From positions 16,926,001 to 16,990,000 of the forward strand of contig NC_042999.1 of the NCBI RefSeq assembly GCF_006345805.1: a stretch of DNA of 64,000 bases, written 5' to 3'. The notes beneath the pieces were generated by a model. The model was not told where the DNA came from and did no database searches. It saw only the letters and a program-made list of their open reading frames with translations. Source of the DNA: Octopus sinensis. Lineage: Eukaryota. Positions 1-14,081 of this stretch are shown here, one piece after another (position 1 is the first letter of the stretch; every line of letters begins with the position of its first letter). Made by a program: the position numbers and the translations under genes.

Positions 1-51
1 ATACACATGTTTCTATTTGTACATATAGATATGTAGATATACATACATAAA

Positions 52-143
<92 letters not shown>

Positions 144-164
144 ATCTATCTATCTATCTGTCTG

Positions 165-220
<56 letters not shown>

Positions 221-221
221 C

Positions 222-264
<43 letters not shown>
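52..264 (+). repeat. (ATCT)n tetranucleotide microsatellite
   Basis: ~50 near-perfect ATCT units read directly; similar arrays at 1860-1995, 8720-8790 and 51470-51800. Confidence 0.98.
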
Positions 265-265
<1 letters not shown>

Positions 266-346
266 ATTTATATATATGTTTATATATGGGTTTATATATG
301 TTCATATGCATATGTATAGGTGTGTGTGTTAATAGACACTAATGCG

Positions 347-379
<33 letters not shown>

Positions 380-451
380 CACATATAGAGAGGGATAGCT
401 GCTATGTCTCTCATATATTTATATTTATACATATAGATATATAGATATATA

Positions 452-516
<65 letters not shown>

Positions 517-986
517 TATTTATATATCAATTTATATATATTCTTATATGCACGCATATGTATATGTGTGTATGTGTCTGTGTATCAACACACACACATA
601 ACCTTGTTAACAATGAAAGTTGTTTAAGACATATTCGGATCCGTAATAAAGACATTCATTATATTTTCTCATTGCGAAAAAAATAAAAATTCGCTGTTGA
701 CAACACTGTGTAAACCCACTTTGTCAGTTCGAAGCGCCCTCCTTCCAGATCGACAGCTGCATGAATCTCGAAGGAGTTATCTTCTCTTAAGCATGAAAGA
801 TAAGTCCTTCGAAATACGCGCATCCATCTCGGTCTGGGTAAACGGCAGACGATCTAAACTGACTTTGAGTGTTCTCCTCTGTCTGCCACACAAAAAAGTT
901 TCTACAGTGAGTGTCCTTCCTGCAATAATGTTCCGAACACGTCTCAAACATATTTGAACTGGAAACAAGTGTTTATTTATATAATG

Positions 987-1486
987 AACTAGCAGTATCG
1001 CCCGGCGTTGCTCGGGTTTGTAAGGGAAATAACTATATAAGCATTTTTAGAGAGTTTCGGTCTTTCTTAGCCATTTCTGTTTTGGTGTCTTCAAGCCATG
1101 AAGTCGTTGTTCTAAAAGAACGCTGGTCTCCTTCACAACGCTTTACGACTTGATTTCCTTACACTCCCTTCCCCACAGCTTCACGAGGGAGGGAAGAAGG
1201 GGGAGAAGCAAACACAGGTGCAGGTGTTTGAGCGTGGACGCCAACTCCGCCGTCATCGACACACGAAAAATTATGCATTAAAATGGAATAAAAAATGATG
1301 TTAAATTATTTTTAAAATCGTAGACTCATCGTAGACGCGCGCTAATGGCCAGACGGGCTCGATATTAATCACGACTATAAGATACCCGAATTTGGTTAAA
1401 CTGCACCGCAAAATGTGGGAGGAGTTAGGAATTTAAATCGTAGGAGACAGACACTCACACAACTACAGTTTTATATATATATAGAT
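987..1486 (+). mobile_element. Helitron-like non-autonomous element
   Basis: Starts AACTAGCAGTATCGCCCGGCGTTGCTCGGG, a terminus with a GC-rich hairpin typical of invertebrate non-autonomous Helitrons. Ends ...ACAGACACTCACAC...TTTTATATATATATAGAT. The same terminus recurs inverted at 4939 and 6205. Confidence 0.7.
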
Positions 1487-1860
1487 ATCCTAGCTTAACA
1501 CGTCCAATCCAAATTTTACTAGAAACAGTCAGATCGACACAGCACTGAAAGTAGTTTTATTGGGAACTAATAAGGGACATATGGTAACGCAGTCTTTTTC
1601 AGTGTCTCCCTATTTTCCGTGTTCGATGTTGAACAGAAGATAAACACTTCAAACTGTATATATCCACCTATCTATACATCTGCTTGTATATATTCAATAG
1701 CGCATTATGCGTCCCATACATGTTGCACATGTTTCTCAATACATGTGATACTTCCTGCATATTTTTTCTTCATTTTTGTTATCGATATTTTTCATATTTT
1801 GGTAGCTAAATCTTATTGTATGATCGTAATTGCAAATTATTTTGTCTGTGTATGTGTCTG

Positions 1861-1970
<110 letters not shown>

Positions 1971-2117
1971 CATCTATCTATCTATCTATCTATCTTTCTA
2001 TGTATCTATCTGTATTTGTATATATATGTGCATATATATATATTTATGAATACATATATATATGAAATATATATATGTGTGTGTGTGTATATACATATGG
2101 ATATATATATATATATG

Positions 2118-2153
<36 letters not shown>

Positions 2154-2370
2154 TGTATGTATGTATGTATGTATATATGTGTGTGTGTATGTATGTATAA
2201 ATAGATGAGTGTATTTTTCCTTTGTTAATAATTAACACGGAAAAAATAGATAAATAGTTACCAGGGTAGCAAAATACCACACAAGTAAAGATGTTGTAAC
2301 TCCTTGTTTTTAAAGGTAGAAACTTCGATTTTACGTGGAGTTTTTGTATATATATATATATATATATATA

Positions 2371-2422
<52 letters not shown>

Positions 2423-3634
2423 ATATATGAGGATCAAGTAGTTCATTACGTGTGTGTCGCTTAACATATAGAGCAAAAAATAATTAATATAGAAAGAGCA
2501 GTATTGCAATAACGGGTCATATTTTAAGATTGCAAATGCCTTTCAATATTTATATTTGGTGAATATAGGATAAATACAGTACTTGTACACAGTTTTTATA
2601 TAATACTATACTTTATTTCGAACCTCTCTTTTTTTTTTCTTCCAATTCTTTTATTTCATATCAAGTGTTCTTCGCTCTTTGAAATCTAAATTGCTTCATA
2701 CTTTTCATTCCCATGGTGCACCGTTTCATATCGTACATTCATTCTCTGTAAGCAAAAAAGGAGTAGGAGGAGAAAAAATTGGCTTCTACACTATATAATT
2801 TTCCCCCCTCGAAGATTTCTTTGAAGAAGTTTCGATAGGTCTTGATTAAATAAATTATATAGACTTACAGGTTTTTATTCTTTCTCTTTAATATTCCCCT
2901 CATAGTCTATATATTTTTACTAAATAGATTCATATTTTACATGTGCGTGAATACATATAGTATGCTGTTAGTGAAGACGATGTTAAGTATCAAATGTATT
3001 CTTTTATCCAATAATACGTTAATAAAACAACACATTATCTATGTTAGCTATCTAATATCTGCAGACAGCAAGCTTGATTGCAATGGAATTTGTGACAGAT
3101 TCACTCTATATGGCGCCAACAGATAGAATATTGGAGCGTAATTGCTTTGTATGATGCGTTTCTTCGAGTGCTATGAAGGAAACGGCTCGTTTGGAATGCA
3201 AGGCACCACATAACAATTTGTGCTACAACAATATTATTCTGTTTGTGTATGTATCTCAGGAGCTTGACTGTGTGGAATCATAAAATAACACAATTGATAA
3301 TGAGATTCAAACAATATTTTATTTTCATGCAACACTAGTTAATAGCAAGGTCGCCACTGTGCTCCTTTTAACATGCGTACATAAATACATACGTACATTC
3401 AGTCATACATACATACATACATACATACATACATACATACATACATACATACATACATACATACATACATTCACACACACATACATACATACATAAACAC
3501 ACATACATACATACATTCTACGTACAAAGATACCTGAATATGCACACACACACATATACATGCATATAAACTCACGTAAACGTATAAACAAATTTGTGTT
3601 TATATATATAGGTATTGTATAAATTTCAGTTTAT

Positions 3635-3682
<48 letters not shown>

Positions 3683-4543
3683 TTCATAAACTCATGCGCA
3701 AACGCAGACATCCATATCTACGAATATACAGAAACGTTCACATAGACATGCAGAAAATATCCACATACGTGTACATAAACATACATACATCATACATACA
3801 TATATACTTACATAATACATACATAAATACATACGTACTTACATACATACATTCTTACATACATACGCATGTATCCACATATGTTTACTTGTACTCTGAC
3901 TATGGCGTGCATTAACTGCCTATTAAGTGGTATATCAAACATAGTTCTCCGGAATAAACCGACTTCTATGAGCATGCACCAGATGTTCGGTTTTCTTTAA
4001 TGTATATAGCATCGTAGAAGTAGAGGGATTAACACGGTTTATCCAACACAGTTACATTGCTGTGTGATGCCAATTCGTTTATTTAACATAAAACAACATC
4101 ATTCTGATATGTTATAAAGGGGTAGGTTTATATCTTGATAGCAAATCGATACTCTGCTAACGGTCTGGCATTAACAAATGTTGTGTAATAGGTGTTTTGG
4201 AGAATTGTGCCAATATTAACTATGGATTGTTGAACATGATAAGTGAAAGGAAACAAATATTTAGTAAAAATTGGCATTTACCTGGGTTAATAGAGAGATT
4301 TATTTACAATCATCTTTTTCGTTTTATAAATCAATTTGTTTCCAAAGCAAATATAGCAGTCTTCATATGAATTAAGACGGTCTTTCATGTGTACTAATAT
4401 CTTCTCCAATATTCGACATCGTTTCTTGTTTACTACTTATAATTAATGGAGTTGGTTTCTTTCGATACGAACATTGGTTAGACGAATATTTTACGTAGGC
4501 AATTTTTTCAGCTGGATATTATTCCTGTTTCTAACCCTTTGCT

Positions 4544-4939
4544 ATCTCTATATATATAAAGCTGAAGTTGTCTGTGTATGGCAGGTTTGGTAGCCTTCAA
4601 CTAACACTATCTCCTCCAAGACCCTGCGGCGGGGGTTGACCAAAATTGAGAGTATGATAGAGTAAGGCTTGCTCTTCATTCCGTAGAAGAAAAATTTCAA
4701 ATCGGACCATGTTAACACCAAAAATTATTTATATCAAATAGGTGCTATTTTTCTATGAAAATCCATATTTTTTACGATTTTTTTTACTGCTGTGCCGCCA
4801 TTTTTCGGTGTATTTCAACCAGAAAAATGTTCACTTAAAGAGAATAACAAGCTACATAACGCAAAATTTTTACTTTTCAAAAATTCCAATTCTAAAGGGT
4901 CGAAACAAACCCGAACAACGACGGGCGATACTGCTAGTT
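4544..4939 (-). mobile_element. Helitron-like non-autonomous element, subfamily 2, copy 1
   Basis: Ends (plus strand) ...CGGGCGATACTGCTAGTT, the reverse complement of the 987 terminus. Closely similar to 5811-6205 along its whole length. Confidence 0.72.
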
Positions 4940-5810
4940 TTCAAATAAAGGTATCTTGTTTCATCTCTACTGTACATCAACATTTAGTTGAAACTGTCTC
5001 TTGCCGGGAAACAATATTGTCATCAAAATTATCTTCGAGTATAAACATTTACGCATCTGCTATTATGGTATACAATATTTTGCTCCACAGATTTAAGGTT
5101 TATACAAAAATTATTCTTAATTTGAAGATGCCAATTAATATAATTATAAGTCATATTCATTAATTATTTAAAGAATACAAATATTCTCTACGACGATGAT
5201 TATAATGCACAGAGACAACAACAGGTGTAATGTTGTTTATAATATACATATTTGCTATTATATCTCTTTAGTACAATAATTGTTTATCCGTAGTTGCTCA
5301 GAGAAATTTCACTGCGATTTTAATTAGATGATGAAATCTCTAATTAATTACATCTGAAATTGCAATAGTTGTATAGGAAAACTATTACGGCGCGCATACA
5401 ATAGAAAACGATAAGCTAATTAAATCGGATGTGTAATATCTTCCTTCTGGGTAAACTGTTGAATTATTATCTCATATATCAGTTTGGAAGTATTAAGGGT
5501 ATCATTAGCATTGAACAAAGCACTTGACTGAACCTTTCTTGGTGTAAATAGCTGATAACTGTAAATAGCTGAAATGGATGTGGTATTAGTCATGGAACGT
5601 ATCAAAAGTGCAGCGCATCTAATAATCAGTTGCAATACAATTCAATGTATCTCTCTCCGGAAAATTGAAATATGCTGTATTATTATTATTATTATTATTA
5701 TTACAGTTTAACTCCAGGTCAACCTCATCAACAAGACCCATGAACAAAGGCAGTCCAGCCGAGATCGCGCAATTTTTATTGTACATCAGTGGTTAGTTCA
5801 ATATTTTGTT

Positions 5811-6205
5811 ATCTCTCTATATATAAAGCTGAAATTGTCTGTGTATGGCAGGTTTGGTAGCCTTCAACTAACACTATCTCCTCCGAGACCCTGTAGCGCA
5901 AGTTGACCAAAATTGAGAGTATGATAGAAGAAGGCTTGCTCTTCCTTCTGTAGAAGAGACAATTAAAATCTAGCCATGTTAAGACCAAACATTATTTACA
6001 TCAAAAAGGTGCTCTTTTTCTATGAAGATTCCTATTTTCTACGAGATTTTGACTGCTGTGTCACCATTTTTCAGTGTATTTCAACCAGAGAAATGTTCAC
6101 TTAAAGAGAATAGCAAGCTACATAATGCAACATTTTTACTTTTCAAAACTTCCAATTTTAAAGGGTCGGAACAAACCCGAGCAACGCCGGGCGATACTGC
6201 TAGTT
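5811..6205 (-). mobile_element. Helitron-like non-autonomous element, subfamily 2, copy 2
   Basis: Dispersed copy of 4544-4939 with the same termini (ATCTCTCTATATATAAAG ... CCCGAGCAACGCCGGGCGATACTGCTAGTT). Confidence 0.72.
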
Positions 6206-6820
6206 TATATATAATGTTATGGTATAATTTGAAAGAAACTTGGCCGCAATTTTAGTAGGTTACTCTTCGATGCAGTGCCTTCCTTACTGGTGCTTTCTTT
6301 GTTACAAGGTGTGTACACTCATGATATTTGTATGCTGTCTCATGTAAGCATATAAAGCAATGTAAGCACATGTCGACATTTATTATTCTTTGGTCAATAA
6401 TATCGATAAGTTGCATGTATCGACGCCTATATGTATCTATATATGTATCTATCAATTTCAATATCTCTCTCTCTCTCAATATATATATATATATATTATA
6501 TATATAGATATATTATATATGTAAATATATGTATATAAATCTATCAATATGCATATATAATATATATTTAATGATATCAGGGTAATAAACATTTTAGAAA
6601 TGTTTACTATCAGTGGCATAACGTATAGAAAAATGAGTCAATAGACTATATATTATTCATATAAAATACAATGTACATTTAAACATATTAAGAGGTATCC
6701 ATCATAGGACTCCCTTATGCTAGAAAGAACTTTAGCTGTTCGTTCTAGCGTAAGGGAGTCCTATGATGGATAGCTCTTAATGTGTTTAAATGTACACTGT
6801 ATTTTGTATGTATGTGTATA

Positions 6821-6879
<59 letters not shown>

Positions 6880-8164
6880 ATCAATCGTCCGTAGTAGATA
6901 TAGAAATGAGACAAATTTATCTCTTCATCTGTAGATTGAAGAAAGAAAATGCACAGCTTCCACTGATATTCGAAATTTATTGGGTTCTCACCCGAGATGA
7001 CTAGATCGATTGACCAACCACAGAAAAATAAATAGCCAATATGTTTATATGCGGAATAAATCCAGTATTTCTGTAACAGAGATCCATAAAGTTTCAGAGC
7101 ATATAAACGTGAAGCGCCCCCACTTTGTACATCATAAATATCGGTATTTTTATTTGTAATTACTCCAGCTAAAAGACAGTGGATTACTCAACTAGTCACT
7201 TTATAACTCCGTTTTGAGAAGTTGCTTGACTGCTTCGTGAGTTTTATGCTTAATCGTATAAGCTGAATAATTGTATTACGCTTATATCGAAATAAAACTC
7301 GTAACGAAACAATTGTAGCAACACTCGGAGAACTATTCGTTCGTGCCATTATACCTACTTGCATTTATATACGTACGCGTATATCTATGTACGCCCACAT
7401 GCACTCACACACACATATACAGCAATGTAAGTACACGAGCTGTTGGCGATTTCTTTTCCTTTGGGGTTTTCCCTTTACTCCTGTAGGTAACCTTATTTGA
7501 ATCCATGTTTTTATGAGGGTTATCTAGAGTTATCTCTCCTGTCACATCGTTAACAACTAGGTGGCGCTCGTTAAAACATGGATTCAAATAAGGTTGCCTA
7601 CACTCCTTTCTGACGATGAGCTGTGATTGATACATCAAACTCACTCATTTTACCGAGTGGCAAGTTAATACATTCCTTGTGCTTGTCCTCTTCTTGTCTG
7701 TCGATTTTATTATTTGTTTATTCGAATTGACTATAAAGGGAGAGAGAGAGGGGGAGAGAGAGAGAGGCTGGGTAAGATATGGATAACTTGCTTCTAATGA
7801 TATAATGCCGCAAACATATACAATAAATGTTGAGGATGACTTGCCAAATAAATCACCGACTTGGACTGGTACTAAAGCAAAACATGGTGCTGTAGTTGTC
7901 TAGCAATGAACGGCTATATGTGATGCAGCATTGAGCGGATAAATATATAGTTGAAAGAACGAACGAACAAACAAATGGTAAGAATAAAGAACGTGAAATT
8001 ATAATTTAATGATTTTACGTATTATCTACAAAGAAACGATTTGTATTTGGTTTACAAAATTCTTGGTGTGAACTTGTGTGTGGAAACAATCTAGTTGCAT
8101 CTAGGGTGGGTCATTATGTGAATATAACTTAAAATAAACACATGCACTGTTCCAATTTATTTTA

Positions 8165-8322
8165 TTTATGTCACCGTAAATTAGCTGTTCGGCAAAAGAG
8201 ATCAATAGAAGAAGTACTAGGCTTACGAAGAATAAGTCCTGGGGTCGATATGTTCGACTAAAAAACAGTGCTTCAGCATGGCTGCAGTCAAATGACTGAA
8301 GCAAGTAAAAGAGTAAAAGAGC
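8165..8322 (+). mobile_element. SINE family B, 3' fragment
   Basis: Matches the 3' half of 48978-49380, including CAGCATGGCTGCAGTCAAATGACTGAAGCAAGTAAAAGAGTAAAAGAG. Confidence 0.85.
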
Positions 8323-8360
8323 ACACACACACGCACAGCCCATGTATATATATATGTATG

Positions 8361-8447
<87 letters not shown>

Positions 8448-8718
8448 TATATATACAATAGGATGAGAAAATACAGAGGGAATTAATAAATTATTATTTA
8501 TTAATTAAAAAATTGACAAAAAACCCTTACAGCTCTTTCAATTCCAGTCCTTCAGAAAATTAATTAAATTAGATTAAAAATTAGTTGAAAGTCGAATCTC
8601 TTCGGAGGTTGTTGAAGATATAAAATTAGGTGTGTTTATTCCTACCATATAGGTAACTAACCAGTACTTTCATAGTATTTTGCTATACCTGAATGAGGTT
8701 TGTAACCTTTGCTTGTGC

Positions 8719-8749
<31 letters not shown>

Positions 8750-8751
8750 CT

Positions 8752-8788
<37 letters not shown>

Positions 8789-8857
8789 ATGTATATATAT
8801 ATATATATATACATATATATTTATTTATATTATTATATATAATATATATATATATAT

Positions 8858-8915
<58 letters not shown>

Positions 8916-9184
8916 TATGAGAGGTAATGGTGTAACTGAAACCCAAAGGTGCCAGGTAACGCTGAATAAGTGCTACAGATGGTCTGCAGTGAAGTTCCAA
9001 GTTCGGTGATTATGCGAATAAGGGGTTCAAAGTTGGTTATATGTCAACGTATGTATATAAAAATTTTATTTCGTAATGCGATAAAAAAAACAAGGGTTGT
9101 AGATTCTAAAGCATCTATAGGTAGAATGTCTTCTAGAATCTACACTCCCTTGGTTTCTTTTATCTCATTACGAAATAAAATTTT

Positions 9185-9399
9185 AGATATACATATATGT
9201 GACCTCGTGAGTACCACCGGCGATTTTTTTTCCTCTGTCTTCCCTTCTCGGTATCTTTCCTTTAGCTATGTTTCCGACGAAGAGCTCCGCTCGAAATGTT
9301 AAACCCTCCTTCTTCCCTTCTTTCCTGAGCGTCCAATAATACTTTTATTGTTCCCCGTCCTTGCGTTTTGTTGTTTTATGGTTTTCTTGTTTGGATTAA

Positions 9400-9400
<1 letters not shown>
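9185..9400 (+). mobile_element. Penelope-type terminal-repeat fragment with degenerate hammerhead motif (9270-9304)
   Basis: GTTT-CCGACGA-A-GAGC-TCC-GCTC-GAAA-TGTT-AAAC: stems I and II pair, but the core has U4C. Related to 22545-22755. Confidence 0.55.
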
Positions 9401-9438
<38 letters not shown>

Positions 9439-9556
9439 GAGAAAGAAGCAACAAGAATGGATTGGTTTTTAGTACAATTGTTTCATACAAAGACAGGCTT
9501 TATTACAAGTTGCAAAAATTGCAGCAGATAAAAGTGTCCCGTACTCATCAGCTAAA

Positions 9557-9628
<72 letters not shown>

Positions 9629-9689
9629 GTATACGTATATATGCGTGTGTATGTGTGTTTGTGTGTGTGTGTGTGTGTTTGTGTGTGTG

Positions 9690-9915
9690 TGTATTTCTGT
9701 GAGTCTTTTTGTTCGTGCCCCCACCAGCACTTACCAACCGACGTTGGTGGGTGTATGTCTCCATAACTTAGCTGTTTAGTCAAAGACACCGATATAATAA
9801 CTACTACGCTTAAAGAAAGAAATCCCGGGATCGAATTGTTCGAATAAAACACTTCACGGTGGTGACCCAGGACGGCCGCAGTCGAATGATTGAAACAGGT
9901 AAAAGTTGAAAGATA
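9690..9915 (+). mobile_element. SINE family B variant, 3' part
   Basis: Homologous to the family B body; tail GGCCGCAGTCGAATGATTGAAACAGGTAAAAG. Boundaries approximate. Confidence 0.7.
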
Positions 9916-10278
9916 ACTTAATATATGTACATACATACCTGCATGGATCATGGCTTCTGGTACTTAAATGAAGACAGAAAGCCAAGAATGACCCGTTTTT
10001 TTTGCCTGTCCTTCTAATTGTTGTTTCTGTTGTCCACCTTTCGGTCGTCTATCTGTCCGAACGTTTTAATGCCCTCTTTTTCCATAAATGCTTAGTATTC
10101 AATTTTATTTTTCCAATTATGAATACTTAATAATTGAATGCTGTGAGTTAAAACCAGTTTTTTCTCTCAAAATTTGTCTATTTATTTGTGAACTCGCATA
10201 TGAAATATTTTTTTTGTTTTAATCTTGGTATTAAATCGCTTAGATTTACTGCCAGACGAATTTTAGCCAACACTGTAT

Positions 10279-10309
<31 letters not shown>

Positions 10310-11072
10310 GTGTGTGTGCATGTATGTATATATCTATGAATTTAATAAACAACCGAAGAAGCTATCGATAAGTAACCTTAAGCACTACATATAGTTTCAT
10401 AGACACATCTATAATATATGCTATTCATCCGGAAGCAATGTTACAGCATCTGTTTAGGCGTTATATATATTTGAAATGCAATGTCGTCGGATAGTGAGAA
10501 AATATGAATAAAATGTGAAAAAGAGTGATGGAAAAAAAATCGAACGAGAAGAATGAAACAAAATCAAGAAATCTAAGACGTCTGTCCTTCCTCTTTGTAG
10601 AAACCTCATTTAATATAGAACAAAAGAACAGAAAACATGTCAAAGTCTGCGAGACGGCAACTCAACTCAGATACTGAAAGATGGTTTGGAGATACAAGTC
10701 GTATTTTATAAATATGCCTACTTAAAATCTCATGTTGCGTCCTGAAGGAATCTAGTTGAGCTCGGTATATATATAAATTTGTGCTGCAAGAATCCTGATG
10801 TGAAACCGTATGTTGAAACAGATATTGTTGAATTTCGGGATGTTTATTTTTTAAACTTTTGTTTTTGCCAAATAAAGTCGTGCAGTATATATTTGTTCTT
10901 GATTCGTTTATTACTGATCTTATTCTAACTTATGTCCATTGTCCGGAAATCTTTCGTCACACATCTGTGACCTCCTCAGCAATACATTCTCGCTTCGTGT
11001 CTACTGTTGCTCCTTTCATTGCATACTTTTCTTCTATGGTGTGTATCTTTATATGTGCATGCGTTCGCAGCT

Positions 11073-11123
<51 letters not shown>

Positions 11124-12619
11124 ATTGTTCTTAGTGTCATCATGACCCTTCCCTCAGCCCCATCCCCTCCACTCTTGCCGCTGCTGCTGACTTTGAACCC
11201 GACTTTTGATACTATTGCTGTATCTCTCTGTGTTTGTGTGTTCCCTCGCGCTGCATCCCCCGTGGTAGTTGTTTTGATTGTTGTTGTTGGCATTGTTACC
11301 GCAGTTGCTGCTGTCGTTGTTGGTCGTTGTGTTGAGACTGTTGCGGCCGTTTGTGAAGTTGCTCTATGTGTGGTTGTGTGCGTATATGGGTTCGCTTTCT
11401 ATGTTGTTTGTATCCGTGCCCTTTACTCAGCTGTTTTTACCTATCTCTGTTTCTTATACTTATCATAGGTATATGTATTTTTGTCTATTGTGTGTGTATT
11501 ACATTGTTTGTATCTGGATTTTGCCCCCTTCTGTCTTTCGTCATCATGTTGTGCAGTATGGTGGTGGGCGTTATTGTTCTTTTGTGTTTTCTGTTGAGAG
11601 TCGGTCTGTCTATTGCTATGTGTATAGCCTCTGTAATGTGTCTAAGTATCATGCCAGTTCTATGCTTTAACAATACCTTAACCTCTATGATATAATCCGA
11701 GCCTCTGTTTTCTGCTTCAGCATGTTGATAGAGCACTGACGAGCCTTTTTCTTCTTTGAGATCTCGCCATTGTTCACCTATACACTCCCCTATGTATGTA
11801 GTTATCATACCTCTGCACTATCTCTCAGTACATCGTAAGCTATACACTATATTTTTAACATCACAGTTAACCTGTGGGTTCATCCTACATACAATACAAT
11901 TGCTCTCCGTACACGGGGGCCTATCGAAGGGATAAGTTCTACAGATCAGGGATTTTATAGGGGCAGCAGGCCTCACCAGTACTTTGTAATATTAGGTTTT
12001 TCTAAAAAGGTATGCTAGTTCGCCGCCAGGGATAGCATCAGCGCCATGACACTTGTACTTTTTGTTATCATAACATGAGTTGGCCTAATCTACCTTTTTC
12101 TGGTTCTTTTTGTGCTGTTCGACGATTGACACCAGTAAAGCGGGCAAATCCCCTTAGAATCATTCTCTGTGATAGCTTTGTACTTAGCCCTGGCTTCTTT
12201 TTACACTCTGATCTTGTCCCTTTGGCTGTAGCCAGAGAACTACATACGGTGGTTGAAGTGTCATATGTGCCTTTCCAATTCCACAGGGTCACACATGCGA
12301 GACACATCCCTCATCACTCTCACTGAGTCTGCTATAAGAATATTGAACGTGGCGTTGTCTGCAAAAGCTGTGTTCTTATTGACAAGGTATTAACATGCCA
12401 TGGGTTTGGCATAACGGGAGTGAAGGGTCTGGACCTTACTGTTCTTGGTTTTCGGCCAGAGTTTCGTGTCTAAAACTGGTAGTCTATACTTCGGGTGCTT
12501 GTTAGGGTAGTCTATCGTTACTTTAATACTCTGGTGAATATAATTAGCTATTTGCTGGAGGGTCTCCAGAGTATTAGCTTCTAGGTAATCAACATTGTCT
12601 TATAGGGATGTTTTGGCTA

Positions 12620-12621
<2 letters not shown>
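11124..12621 (-). mobile_element. Penelope-like retroelement (Neptune-like), 5'-truncated and decayed
   Basis: Minus-strand translation across stops and frameshifts gives the RT C-terminal/thumb region (IANYIHQSIKVTIDYPNKHPKYRLPVLDTKLW...RYAKPMA...FSGYS), a PGGELA linker, a Cys-rich segment (PPCTESNCIVC) and a GIY-YIG endonuclease (NIVYSLRC...TYIGE...SVLYQH...ITEAIHIAIDRPTLNRK). Flanked by (TC)n and (GT)n. Confidence 0.85.
11485..11945 (-). pseudogene. GIY-YIG endonuclease domain of the Penelope-like element
   Basis: ORF 11485..11808 plus in-frame upstream codons, with one stop. VY-x-C, YIGE and EA-x-HI-x4-P-x-LN motifs are present. Confidence 0.85.
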
Positions 12622-12697
<76 letters not shown>

Positions 12698-13786
12698 TAT
12701 GCATGTGTATATGTGGGCGTGTATGTATATTTTGTATTTTGGTCCACAGGTATCTATAGATTTTATCTATATTTAGTTATTTATGACTGTATAATATACA
12801 TATATGTATGTACTTAGGAATAATATCCATTGCATATGTGTATATCTGTGTGTTAGTACATGCATATATGTGCCAGTTTATACGCACATGTGTTAGTAAA
12901 TACACAAATTGATGTCTACTCATATATATATATATATATATTTAACTAATCTATACTCTTGCTCTAAACGGTAAAGTGTTTCAGAATATTCAATATTTGT
13001 ACACGTTACTGGATACTTAGAGCAGAACTCATTATTCCTTGAAAATAAAGCTCTGTAGCTTTTTTTTTTATTAAACTCTCGGAAGACCTCAGTAATGTAC
13101 ACGTTAATGCAATTTGAAAATACATTATTATTATCCAATATTTGTGTTATAATTTACCTCACTTATGCAGATTCAATGGTTTGATGTTATACTGCATATT
13201 ACTAAACGCATCCTTCTTGTTTTTCCAATTGGGTGTATCAAATTATACGTAGGTATTCAGAAACCCTTTTATGAGTTAAAATCATATGCAATGTCAAGCA
13301 TTGAAACCCTCCCACTTATATACGGTTTATTTTTTCACCTTCATATATGAATCTATTTCCTTTCACCTACTAACTCTCTCGAAATTCATCTAATCAGTAA
13401 AGAAACACTTCTGAGGATAAATCATCTCCTTTACTCTGTTAACTCACTAATATTCATCTTTATGTTCATATTCATAAAAATGGTATTGATAATTGTATAA
13501 ATGGTGAGAGGTTCGGTGGGGGGTAATGTGGGAGGATTTGTGTGAAACGCAGTCACACGTTCAAAGTTTCCACATAGAAGCTTTTTACATGATATCGCTA
13601 ATGTTTTAGAGAAAATACTTGAAAGTCAACACTACCCATTCACACTTCTTTCCAATATTATAATCTCACTTTCAATGTAAACACAGAATATTAATGGCGT
13701 AAAACGTGATGTAAGATATAATATTGCGCAGATTTATTGATGTTTTATATAAGGAGAGAATCACATCGTTAGCAACGCCGCAAATT

Positions 13787-13818
<32 letters not shown>

Positions 13819-14047
13819 CAAATGAATGTGTTAAACTCCTTGAAGAGAATTGTAGTTTAAAAATTTCACGTGGTTATTACCAATGTGCTAGTTTTGGTGC
13901 TGGTTTATTAACAAATGGAAAGTATATCGTTATTAAGGTTTCCTTACACACTCTCTATTTTATGAATTTACTGCTTGTTAAAAGATAAGGGGTGGAACTT
14001 GAGGTAATGGAATTGCTGTTTCAGATTGCATTACATATATATATATA

Positions 14048-14081
<34 letters not shown>

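Noticed and set aside
9520-9555. CTGATGAGTAC on the minus strand
   Set aside because: No GAAA or stem II closure follows.
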